This document shows positions 10,891 through 19,758 of a stretch of DNA of 64,000 nucleotides, piece by piece. The position numbers and the translations under genes are program-made. The stretch is from an uncultured Anaerolineae bacterium (GTDB taxonomy: Bacteria > Chloroflexota > Anaerolineae > JACIWP01): the NCBI GenBank assembly GCA_938049385.1, contig CALIBQ010000012.1:74131-138130 (forward strand), written 5' to 3'. Within the stretch, counting starts at the first letter, position 1. The number at the start of each line of letters is the position of its first letter. The notes beneath the pieces were generated by a model that saw nothing but the letters and a program-made list of their open reading frames with translations, ran no database searches and had not been told where the DNA came from.

Positions 10891-11571
10891 TTATTCAGGT
10901 TCAATATCGCGAGTGTTGTAGAGCTGGCGCAGTTCGGCGTTGGAAAGCGATTTTAGGCGCTGGATATCCTGGTCGTAGAGGCCGGCCTCGATCTCCTGCA
11001 CGCGCTTGGCCAGGTGCTGGGCGCGCGGGGCGATGTATCTGCCGTACAGCCGGCGGGCCAGGATGAAGATATTGTACTGCGCCTCCTCCGCCGGACAGCG
11101 CGAGACACACATGCCGCACATGATGCAGTCGAAGGATTTGTCGGCCACGCCGGCGATGTCCCCGCGCATGGCGCGCGCCATAATGTCTTTGACATCCAGC
11201 TCCTGCGGGCAGACCTTGGTGCAGGTCCCACAGCCAAGACAGCGCAGTAGCTCCGGATACAGCGAGACCAGCGTCCCAAAGGTGGGCTGTAGTTGGGTGA
11301 TATCGTACTGGGCGCGCGGGGCCGGGTAGAAGGGGATCTGCGCCAGGTACATCCCCGGCTCGACGACCGTCTGACAGGCCAGCCCGACGCGCAGGCGGTA
11401 ATCGCCGGCCAGGCGGTACACCGTGGCGCAGGCGCCGCAGAAGCCGGCGCGGCACCCCACGCCCCGCACCAGACGGTAGCCGGCATACTCCATTGCCTTC
11501 ATGATGGTCAGCCCGGGCGGGACATCATAGCGCTTGCCCATGATATAGACGGGAACCAGCTCCTCAGCCAT
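10891..11571 (-). CDS. SdhB/FrdB-like Fe-S subunit (2Fe-2S plus 4Fe-4S)
   Basis: CRAGFCGAC...C; CLGCGTC...CP; CIMCGMC...CP. Confidence 0.88.
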   Translation of the reverse strand: MAEELVPVYIMGKRYDVPPGLTIMKAMEYAGYRLVRGVGCRAGFCGACATVYRLAGDYRLRVGLACQTVVEPGMYLAQIPFYPAPRAQYDITQLQPTFGTLVSLYPELLRCLGCGTCTKVCPQELDVKDIMARAMRGDIAGVADKSFDCIMCGMCVSRCPAEEAQYNIFILARRLYGRYIAPRAQHLAKRVQEIEAGLYDQDIQRLKSLSNAELRQLYNTRDIEPE

Positions 11572-11595
11572 TCCAGCACTCCTCCCGAAGCTCGC

Positions 11596-12708
11596 TTATT
11601 TCCCCAAATCCGTCAGCTCATCCTCGCGAAAAGCGGCCAGCGGCAGTTCCTCTTCCAGACTGCGGCCGGCCTCATAGTTGAACAGCGCCTGCACCGACTG
11701 CGCCACCGAGCGGAACAAGGTCGCCACCGGCAGGCGGTTTGGACAGGCGCTCTCGCACAGCCCGCACCCCACACACGAAGTCGCCATGTGATTCAATCGG
11801 GTGATGTGGAACAGCAGTGTATCGGTGGGCATGCGGATGACGCCCCGGCGCTCCGCCCAGCGGAAGTACTGCTCCGGCTCATGGTCGAAGGTCGGGGTGC
11901 GGAAGATGCACTCCTTGCAGTAGCAGATGGGGCAGGCCACCATGCAGTTGTGACAGCGGATACAGGTGGCGAAGCGTTCGGCCAGCCGGCGTAAGTCCGG
12001 CACTTCCGTCCGCCAGGCGGCAAACGCAGTATCCCGCTCCGCAGTGCGCCGCGCCCGCACCTGTTCCAGGACCTCCTGCCGGCGCGCCGGCACATCCGCC
12101 GGCGGCAGTTCCACCGGCAGGGGCTCCTTGCTCTCCACCAGCACCTGCCGCGGGAAATCCAGCCCGATCAGGCCGATGCGGATGTCGGCGTTGGCCGCCG
12201 TCGGATATTCGCACATGCGGCAGGCACTGCGCAGGGCACAGCCGTCCGCCGGCAGTGCCTCCCCCTGGGCCGCGCCCCGCCACAGCTCCGCCGGCTGTTT
12301 GCCGGCACGCACCAGGGCGGCATAGTCCACCACCTCATAGGTGCCCAGGCAGTCCACCGCGATGGTGCGCACATGCTCCAGCGTGGCCTGATGCAGTTTG
12401 GTCAGCTCGATGAGGGCGCGCAGTTCGCAGGGGCGGAGCCAGACGCCCACTCGCCGGCCGGTGTCCATGACGGTCAGCCGGCCGGCCATGGTAGCCATAT
12501 TGTGGGACATCACCGGCGCCAGCGGCTCGCAGGCTTCCAGCGCCTCAGGCGATTCCACCAGCGCCGGCATAACTGCCTCGTCGCCGGCCAGCCGGCAGGG
12601 CACCAGCAGGGCATCCACATATCCCGAGGTCAGCAGTTCCGCCAGGAATTTCCGCAGGGCGCCGGCCGCGTCTTCCCCTTCTACGGGCAACCAGGCTTGT
12701 ATCGTCAT
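11596..12708 (-). CDS. FdhB/FrhB-like 4Fe-4S protein
   Basis: RPCELRA, RSACRMC, CIRCHNCMVACPICYCKEC and CVGCGLCESACP motifs. Confidence 0.85.
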   Translation of the reverse strand: MTIQAWLPVEGEDAAGALRKFLAELLTSGYVDALLVPCRLAGDEAVMPALVESPEALEACEPLAPVMSHNMATMAGRLTVMDTGRRVGVWLRPCELRALIELTKLHQATLEHVRTIAVDCLGTYEVVDYAALVRAGKQPAELWRGAAQGEALPADGCALRSACRMCEYPTAANADIRIGLIGLDFPRQVLVESKEPLPVELPPADVPARRQEVLEQVRARRTAERDTAFAAWRTEVPDLRRLAERFATCIRCHNCMVACPICYCKECIFRTPTFDHEPEQYFRWAERRGVIRMPTDTLLFHITRLNHMATSCVGCGLCESACPNRLPVATLFRSVAQSVQALFNYEAGRSLEEELPLAAFREDELTDLGK

Positions 12709-12739
12709 TGCTTTTCACAACCTCGATGTTCCTGTCCGT

Positions 12740-13162
12740 TCAGCTCATGGGCAGTTCGCGCATGGGGTTAGGACCCAGCCGGCGGAGGTGCTCCACCATC
12801 TCAGTAACTGTGTCGGCAAAGCGCTGGCCCTCGCTGGCGCTGATCCATCTCAGCCAGACCCGCTGGGGGTCAAAGCCCAGCCCGGCCAAAATGGTGTGCA
12901 AGATGGCGATGCGCCGGCGGGCCTTGTAGTTGCCGCTCTGATAGTGGCAGTCGCCGGGATGACACCCACCGATAAGCACCCCATCTGCGCCCTCCAGCAG
13001 GGCTTTGGAGACATAGACCGGGTCCAGGGCGCCGGTGCACATCAGCCGGATGACGCGCACGTTGGGCGGATACTGCAGGCGCGAGGTGCCGGCCAGGTCC
13101 GCCGCTGTGTAGGTGCACCAATTGCACAAGAATGCCACGATGCGCGGCTCAAAATCCGCCAT
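12740..13162 (-). CDS. mvhD: MvhD-like 2Fe-2S subunit
   Basis: FLCNWCTY..ADLAG, RLMCTG, GCHPGDCHY and WISASEG motifs. Confidence 0.92.
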   Translation of the reverse strand: MADFEPRIVAFLCNWCTYTAADLAGTSRLQYPPNVRVIRLMCTGALDPVYVSKALLEGADGVLIGGCHPGDCHYQSGNYKARRRIAILHTILAGLGFDPQRVWLRWISASEGQRFADTVTEMVEHLRRLGPNPMRELPMS

Positions 13163-13176
13163 ATCCCCTCCCCGGG

Positions 13177-13824
13177 TCAGGTTTCGCGAATATCCAGTAT
13201 CTTCAGCACCGCTGGCTGTAGGGCTTTCTCCAGCTCTTCGATGCCCACGTCTGCTACTTTCATCAGGATTTGTCGGGTCGCCGGGTCCTCGCCCATGAAC
13301 GTCCCCAGGCTGACGATGTTGCCGCCGACGCCGGCGATGATCTCGGCCAGCCGGCACAGTTCACCCTTCTGGTCCAGGATGAGCACCGCGGCGCGCACCC
13401 CATGCTCCCAACCGCCCAGCAGTTCCAGGAAGGTGCGGAACAGGTCGGTTTCGGTGATGATGCCGATAAGCTTGCCGATGTCGTCCACCACCGGCAGGCC
13501 GCCGATCTTATGCTGTACCATCAATCGCGCGGCCTCTTCAATGGTGTTGGACTCCCGCACGGTGATGACATCGCTGGTCATCACATCCTTCACGGTGATG
13601 CGCGTCAGCAGGTACTGCATCTCGTAAAGGCTCAGGGTGGTCGCCGGCGAGGGCGCGGCGTACAGCAAATCCTTTTCCGATACAATGCCGACAAGCCGGC
13701 CGTTCTCATCCACAATCGGCAGACGGCGCACTCGTTTCTCGCGCATCAACCGCAGTGCCTCCGGCAGAGGCAGGTCGGGCGAGACGGCCACAGGCTGGCG
13801 CGACATGCGTTCCGCGACTAGCAT
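13177..13824 (-). CDS. CBS-pair plus ACT domain protein (AcuB-like)
   Basis: Two CBS repeats (GIVSEKDL, GIITETDL) and an ACT-like C-terminus. Confidence 0.88.
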   Translation of the reverse strand: MLVAERMSRQPVAVSPDLPLPEALRLMREKRVRRLPIVDENGRLVGIVSEKDLLYAAPSPATTLSLYEMQYLLTRITVKDVMTSDVITVRESNTIEEAARLMVQHKIGGLPVVDDIGKLIGIITETDLFRTFLELLGGWEHGVRAAVLILDQKGELCRLAEIIAGVGGNIVSLGTFMGEDPATRQILMKVADVGIEELEKALQPAVLKILDIRET

Positions 13825-13829
13825 CTGTC

Positions 13830-14549
13830 TCACTCCTTTCCAGCCGGCTCGGCTTCGCCAGGGGCTTCGGCGCGGCCGACCGCTTCCGCCGGCGCGCACT
13901 CCCGGATGTCCAGCAGGACGAATCCCCGTTCCTGTACGGCCCGTTCGGCGATCGCCCGCACCTGCTCCAGCGGCACCTCGGCGATGCGCAGGGTGAGCTG
14001 GCGCGTGCCGGGCCGTGGGCCGTGAAACTCGCCGGCGCTGAGGATATTCCCGCCGGCGGCCGCAATGTGCCGGCAGAGATAGGCGATCAGGCCCTTTTCG
14101 TCGGGGATGAGCATGGAAAGCCGCACCGCCGGCACTGGGGTGTCCAGCACTTCCAGGAACACCCGGAAGATATCGGTCTCGGTGATAATGCCCACCAGCT
14201 CCCCCTGGCTGAGCACCGGCAGAGCGTCCAGCTTGTGCTCCACCATCAGCCGGGCCGCTTCTTCCAGCGGGGCGTCGGCGTCCACGGTGATGGGGTTTTC
14301 GGTCATGATGCTGGCGATTTTCACCTGGGCCAGTTGATACAGCATCTCATGCAGGGTGATGGCCGCGGTAGGGGAAGGCGACACCAGGAGCAGGTCGTGC
14401 TCGGCCACAAAGCCCACCAGCCTGCCGGCATAATCCTGGACCGGCAGGTGATGCACCCCTTTCTCATGCATGATGTAGAAGGCGTCCTCCACCGAGGCCG
14501 TCGGCAGGATGGTCACCGGGTTGGGTGTCATATAGTGACGGACTAACAT
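13830..14549 (-). CDS. CBS-pair plus ACT domain protein (AcuB-like), paralog
   Basis: MTPNPVT and GIITETDIF motifs; ACT-like tail. Confidence 0.88.
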   Translation of the reverse strand: MLVRHYMTPNPVTILPTASVEDAFYIMHEKGVHHLPVQDYAGRLVGFVAEHDLLLVSPSPTAAITLHEMLYQLAQVKIASIMTENPITVDADAPLEEAARLMVEHKLDALPVLSQGELVGIITETDIFRVFLEVLDTPVPAVRLSMLIPDEKGLIAYLCRHIAAAGGNILSAGEFHGPRPGTRQLTLRIAEVPLEQVRAIAERAVQERGFVLLDIRECAPAEAVGRAEAPGEAEPAGKE

Positions 14550-17500
14550 GGTTTCTCCTCCTGGCCCGGCGCTTCCCACAGGCTGTCCAGCGCGGCGTCA
14601 ATGACCTGAAGCAGAGCCGGCGTCTCGAACAGCCGCTGTTGGGACGCGCCGTTGGGGCATACCATGGCGCAGGTGCCACAGCCGGCACAGAAGGCCGCCC
14701 GCACCTCCGCCACGTGCCGTTCGACGTTCATGACCCTGGCCTCAAAGGGGCAGGCACGCACGCACAGCTCACAGCCGGAGCAGAGCCGTTCGTTCACAAC
14801 GGCCACGCTCTCGACCGCCGTGCGCCGGCGCTCCCGCTGGGCCAAATATGAGGCCGCATGCGCGGCCGCCGCCTGACCCTGCAGTATTGCCTCTTCGGCG
14901 AAGCAGGGCCCCAGCACCGCGCCGCAGGCGAACAATCCGGGCTTGCCCAGGCTCGATGGGCGCATTTTCGGGTGTTCGGGGATCAGGTAGCCGTCGGCAT
15001 GGACCTGAGCGCCCAGCCCAGCGAGCCAGGACGGCAAGGCCGCCGGCACTGCGCCGACGCTCAGCACGATGGTATCCGCCGGCAGGCGCACTGGCCGGCG
15101 CAGTAGGGCGTCGTGGACCTCGACCTCCAATCCATCAGCGCCGTGCCGGACCAAGGGCGGGTGCTCCGCCTCATAGCGGACAAAGCGCACGCCGGCCCGC
15201 CGTGCCGTCAAATATTCCAGCTCATGCCGGCCGAAGGCGCGCATGTCGCGGTACAGGATGGCCACCTGGCTGGCCGGCTGGACCTCTTTCAGCCGCAGGG
15301 CATTGCGCAGGGCCTGGGCACAGCATGTCCGACTGCAGTACGGCCGCTCCGCGGTGCGCGAATCCACGCACTGCACCATGACCACATGACCGAAGTTTTC
15401 GCCGGCCTCCAGCCGGCGCGCCAGCTCGTCCTGCGTCATCACCCGCGGATCTTGGCCACAGCCAAAGGCGGACGTAGGCGCCGGCCGACTGCCAAGGGCG
15501 GCTATCAGCGCGCCGGCGCGCACCTGCTCCCTTCCAGCGCACGTCTCCAGCTCCAGCAGGTACGTTTCATCGGGCTGGCGGGAGGCGCTGATGACAGTGG
15601 TGCGGGTCAGCACCCGCACGCCGGCCGTCTGCTCCAGCCTGGCGGTGCGCTCCGCCAGCCAGGCCGCCGGGTCCTCGCCGTCGAGCCTGCCAGCAAGCTC
15701 CCGCAGATGCCCGCCCAACTGCGGCGCCTGTTCGACCAGCAGGACGCGCAGACCCAGCTCCGCCACCGCCAGTGCCGCCGAGATGCCGGCCGGCCCGCCC
15801 CCCACCACGACGCAGTCCACGAAGTCCGCCGCTTCGGGCATGGGGACGGCCGGCAGGATGGAACGCGGTGAAATGGGCCGGCGCAGAAGGCCAGCCGCCG
15901 CCATGCGCACGCTGTCCCAAAGGCCGTTAGCGGAATGGGCTGTCAGGTCACAGCCGGCCGGCCAACCTGCCTCGAGGTCCACCAGCTCGACGGCAGAGTC
16001 CGGCAGGCCCAGGGCACGCAGGACCTGCCCAAGGTTTGCCTCCACAGCCGGCGAGAAGCGCAAAGGTGCATCCACGATGACCAGCCGGTTGAGGCCAGCT
16101 TCGCCGGCATGCCGAAGCAAGGCATCGCGGCCGGCCGGCGAGGCCAGCGGAGGAATGCGTTCCACCAGGGCAATACCTCTCAGCCGGCGCAAGCGCCGTT
16201 CCAAGTCCTCCAGGGGTGCGGCATACTGCCGGCCGGCGCCCCCCAGGAAAATGCCCAATCGCGGCGGCTCATCCTCCAGCCCCGGCCGCACCGGTGGAGC
16301 TTCTTCCGCGACCCCAGGGGCGGCCGGCACACACATCGCGGCCAAGGCCGCCGCGGCGCCGGCCTCCACCACGCTGTGGACAATGTCCTTCGGTTCGCGG
16401 AACGCGCCGGCGGCGAACACGCCCGGGCGCGAGCTTTCCGCCGGCCGAAGCGCGATCGTGCGTGCGAATCCCTGGGCATCCAGCTCTATGCCCAGCGCCT
16501 GGGCCAGTTCGGCGGCTTCCGCCGGCGGCCCGAATCCCACCGCCAGCACTGCCAGGTCGAAGGCTTCCTCGTGCCGCTGGCCGGCCTCGTCCCAATATTC
16601 GATGATGACATCCTTACTGCGCTGGGACTGTTTGATGGTGGAGACCTGACAGCGCACGTAGCGGATGCCGGGCGCGTGGATCCGGCCGGCCATGTAATAC
16701 TCATCCTCCCGGCCCTGGGCGCGCAGGTCTATGTAAAACACCATGCATTCCGCATCTGGCTCCAGTTCCCGGGCGGCCGCGGCCTGTTTGACGGTGATGG
16801 TACAGCAGATGGAGGAGCAGTACGGCCGGCCCAGGGCGGGGTCGCGCGAGCCGACACAGCTAATGAACGCCAGCCGGCGTGCCGGCCGCCCATCCGCTGG
16901 GCGCACCAGCCGGCCGCGCGTACTGCCCGAGAAGCTGATCATGCGCTCGAACTGGATGCTGGTCACCACATTGTCCAGCACCCCGAAGCCGTATTCCCCT
17001 TTACGCTCGGCGGGGAAAGGCTCGAAGCCCGGGGAGGCGATCACTGCGCCGGCGCGCAAAGTTAGGGTCTCGGCCGACATCTCCAGGTCAATGGCGCCCT
17101 CCGGACAAGCTTCCACACAGACGCCGCAGTGCGTGCAGAGCGCCGGATCAATGACGAAGGCGCGCGGCACTGCCCGCCAGGGCGGCCGATAAATGGCCTG
17201 GCGCGGGGCCAGAGTGCCCTCATCGAACGAGGGGCCAGAAACGGGGCAAACGGCCAGGCATTCCCCGCAGGCGGTGCACAGGGCTGGGTCCACATAGCGG
17301 GGAAGCCGGCGCAGGGCCAATCGGAAATCGCCAGTCTCGCCCTCCAGCGCGGTCACTTGGGTCAGCGGATAGATGGATAGCAGGGGACTGCGGGCGCTCT
17401 CCAGGGTGGGGCAGTACGTCGGCGAGAGGCCAGCCTCCATAAAGCACAGACCGCATGAATCGGTGGGGAAGGTGCGGTCCAGCAGATGGAATGAACCGCC

Positions 17501-17680
17501 GATCCAGGGAGCAGTATCGAGCAAAGCGACGCGCCGGCCCAGGCTGGTCAGCAGGAAGGCGGCCTGCATGCCGGCGATGCCGGCGCCGACGATGGCTACG
17601 TCCACGCGTTCTACCTCTTGCTCATCCCGAGCAGGCAAAGGCATTTCGATGATTCCCCCGACTGTCGGCTCAGAACTCAC
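14543..17680 (-). CDS. hdrA: Large HdrA-like flavoprotein with tandem FAD modules and ferredoxin domains
   Basis: GAGIAG, LDRTFPT, CVGSRD...YCSSICC; second module GGGPAG, CVDSR...YCSRTCC; C-terminal 2x4Fe-4S. Confidence 0.85.
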   Translation of the reverse strand: MSSEPTVGGIIEMPLPARDEQEVERVDVAIVGAGIAGMQAAFLLTSLGRRVALLDTAPWIGGSFHLLDRTFPTDSCGLCFMEAGLSPTYCPTLESARSPLLSIYPLTQVTALEGETGDFRLALRRLPRYVDPALCTACGECLAVCPVSGPSFDEGTLAPRQAIYRPPWRAVPRAFVIDPALCTHCGVCVEACPEGAIDLEMSAETLTLRAGAVIASPGFEPFPAERKGEYGFGVLDNVVTSIQFERMISFSGSTRGRLVRPADGRPARRLAFISCVGSRDPALGRPYCSSICCTITVKQAAAARELEPDAECMVFYIDLRAQGREDEYYMAGRIHAPGIRYVRCQVSTIKQSQRSKDVIIEYWDEAGQRHEEAFDLAVLAVGFGPPAEAAELAQALGIELDAQGFARTIALRPAESSRPGVFAAGAFREPKDIVHSVVEAGAAAALAAMCVPAAPGVAEEAPPVRPGLEDEPPRLGIFLGGAGRQYAAPLEDLERRLRRLRGIALVERIPPLASPAGRDALLRHAGEAGLNRLVIVDAPLRFSPAVEANLGQVLRALGLPDSAVELVDLEAGWPAGCDLTAHSANGLWDSVRMAAAGLLRRPISPRSILPAVPMPEAADFVDCVVVGGGPAGISAALAVAELGLRVLLVEQAPQLGGHLRELAGRLDGEDPAAWLAERTARLEQTAGVRVLTRTTVISASRQPDETYLLELETCAGREQVRAGALIAALGSRPAPTSAFGCGQDPRVMTQDELARRLEAGENFGHVVMVQCVDSRTAERPYCSRTCCAQALRNALRLKEVQPASQVAILYRDMRAFGRHELEYLTARRAGVRFVRYEAEHPPLVRHGADGLEVEVHDALLRRPVRLPADTIVLSVGAVPAALPSWLAGLGAQVHADGYLIPEHPKMRPSSLGKPGLFACGAVLGPCFAEEAILQGQAAAAHAASYLAQRERRRTAVESVAVVNERLCSGCELCVRACPFEARVMNVERHVAEVRAAFCAGCGTCAMVCPNGASQQRLFETPALLQVIDAALDSLWEAPGQEEKPC

Positions 17681-18233
17681 CGCGGTGGTCGGTGAGGTAC
17701 ATCACCAGCACCGCCATATCATACGTCTCCCCGTCATGCGTGATGAAATAATCGCGGTGCTGGTACTCCAGCTTGAAGCCCATTTCCTCGAAGGCGCGGA
17801 TGACCTTGGGCTGGGTGACCGCCACCTCCGCGATGACCTGCTGAAGCCCCATCATACGGGCGATATCGATTTGGGAGCGGATCATGGCGGTGCCGATGCC
17901 GCGCCGGCGGAACTCTTTGTCGAGATAAATATGGATCCAGGCAATGTGCCGTGTGTAATTTTCCCCCACGAATAATGTGGACAGCCCCACAATGCGCTCA
18001 TTCACCAGCGCGATGAGGGGAAAGGTGCGGGAATAATTGATGTTTTTGCACCACTGCGTGATGGAATCGGGCGTGGAAATATCAAAGCGGAAATATTCCT
18101 TGTCCTCCGGGCTGACGCGCGATAGCAAATCCACCAGCTTCTCGGCATCGTTGGCCATCAGCGGGCGGAAGAGCACCCGCGGCCCATCCTTCAGGATTTC
18201 GATGTGGCGGTAGTTCAACAATCGGTCTAACAT
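17670..18233 (-). CDS. GNAT family N-acetyltransferase
   Basis: FRRRGIGT acetyl-CoA motif A; GGGAGG SD. Confidence 0.85.
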   Translation of the reverse strand: MLDRLLNYRHIEILKDGPRVLFRPLMANDAEKLVDLLSRVSPEDKEYFRFDISTPDSITQWCKNINYSRTFPLIALVNERIVGLSTLFVGENYTRHIAWIHIYLDKEFRRRGIGTAMIRSQIDIARMMGLQQVIAEVAVTQPKVIRAFEEMGFKLEYQHRDYFITHDGETYDMAVLVMYLTDHRGEF

Positions 18234-18295
18234 GTCTGCCTCCCCTGGCCTCTTCATGCTCTGCCGTGGTATGACGCCTTCGCCGCGTTGTGCAA

Positions 18296-18323
18296 ATTAT
18301 ACTGCGAGACAGGCAGGGCGCAA
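18296..18323 (-). promoter_or_regulatory. Internal promoter upstream of the GNAT-hdrA-acuB-mvhD block
   Basis: TTGCGC-N16-TATAAT. Confidence 0.5.
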
Positions 18324-18331
18324 CTCCCCCG

Positions 18332-19195
18332 TTATGATAACAACCCCAGCCGGCGCAGAAGGGGGCGCGGGTCCACGATGTGCCGGCCAAATAGGCCAGT
18401 CACTTCATCCAATCCCAGCGCCAGGCCCAGCAGTTCCGTAACGTAAAAGACTGGCATTGGCTGGGGACGTCGGCCCTGCCGGCCGTCCAGGTTCGCCTGG
18501 CAGAGGGGGCAGGCGGTCACGATGCAGTTGGCGCCGGCGTCCTCCGCCGCGCTGACCAGCCGGCCCACCAACCGCGCCACAATGTCCCCCCGGTTCAGGG
18601 TCATGCTGGCCCCGCAACAGTCCGTGGCATAGGTCCAGCGGCTTGGTTCCGCCCCCAGCAGTTCCAGCAGGCGGTCCAGCTTGACCGGGTGCTCGGTGTC
18701 GTCCCACGCGCCGGCGATCTGCGGCGGACGCAGGAGCAGACAGCCGTAGTAGCTCACCGGGCGCAGGCCAGTCAGCGGTTTGCGCAGATGGGCGCGTAGT
18801 TCCTCCGGCGGGAAATCGGAGGTCAGGATATCGAGCAGGGCGCGCGGCCTGGCCTGGCCGGCGTACTCCCTGCCGATGACCTGTTCCATCTGCTGGCGGA
18901 AGGCCTCATCCTCCCGCAGGCGGCGGTCGGCGCTGGAGAGTCGGCCGTAGCAGGCGGCGCAGGGGATGGCAATATCGCGGCCCAGCGGCTGTGCCAGCAG
19001 GATGTTGCGTGCCGGCAGGGCATCCGCCAGCTCCCCGCCCAGGCTGTGCGCGGACGAAGCCCCACAGCAATTCCAATCCTCGATCTCGACCAGTTCCACC
19101 CCCAGCGCCCGGCACACGGCCCGCGTGGAGACGCCGTACTCCAGACCGGTGGAGTGCAGGGTACAGCCAGGGTAGAAGGCATAGGAGCGGCTCAT
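18332..19195 (-). CDS. hdrB: Heterodisulfide reductase subunit B (CCG domains)
   Basis: YPGC, WNCCG, YYGC, DCCG and ACPLCQ motifs. Confidence 0.92.
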   Translation of the reverse strand: MSRSYAFYPGCTLHSTGLEYGVSTRAVCRALGVELVEIEDWNCCGASSAHSLGGELADALPARNILLAQPLGRDIAIPCAACYGRLSSADRRLREDEAFRQQMEQVIGREYAGQARPRALLDILTSDFPPEELRAHLRKPLTGLRPVSYYGCLLLRPPQIAGAWDDTEHPVKLDRLLELLGAEPSRWTYATDCCGASMTLNRGDIVARLVGRLVSAAEDAGANCIVTACPLCQANLDGRQGRRPQPMPVFYVTELLGLALGLDEVTGLFGRHIVDPRPLLRRLGLLS

Positions 19196-19758
19196 TCTCG
19201 CCCCTCCGGTGTTTCAGCGGCATGGGCGCCGGCGGCCTCGAACAGGCGTGCGATCTCCTGCCGGCGGCGGATAACTTGAGGGAGCGGCGGCAGTTTGCGC
19301 GCCAGCAGGAGCCGGGCACCCAGGTCCAAGTTGGACAGCAGGTCGAGGGAGCGCAGTTTGTACTCCACGATCATGGTGATCTCGTGCACCCGGCCGAAGC
19401 GCCGCAGGTTGTTCAGGAAGGCGCGGTGGAATTGGTATATCGCCGGCGCGCCCACCCGTACCCCTTCCTCCGCCGCCATCTGGCGCAGGGCGTCGTTGAT
19501 GCGCCCCACACAAATCCCGTTGGGACAGCGGGTGCCGCAGGTCTCGCACCCGACGCACATCCAGATGGCCTGGCTGGAAAGGAGCGCACGGCGTTCGCCC
19601 ATCTGCACCATATGCACGATTTGCGCCGGGTCATAGTCCATGACGAAGGCGGTGGGACAGCCGGCAGTGCACTTGCGGCACTGGTAGCATGTCGCGATGG
19701 GCTGACCGCTCCGCTCCGCCACGATGTCCATGAAGCGCCAATCTATCGGACTGCTCAT
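19192..19758 (-). CDS. hdrC: Heterodisulfide reductase subunit C
   Basis: CYQCRKCTAGCP and WMCVGCETCGTRCP motifs. Confidence 0.9.
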   Translation of the reverse strand: MSSPIDWRFMDIVAERSGQPIATCYQCRKCTAGCPTAFVMDYDPAQIVHMVQMGERRALLSSQAIWMCVGCETCGTRCPNGICVGRINDALRQMAAEEGVRVGAPAIYQFHRAFLNNLRRFGRVHEITMIVEYKLRSLDLLSNLDLGARLLLARKLPPLPQVIRRRQEIARLFEAAGAHAAETPEGRE

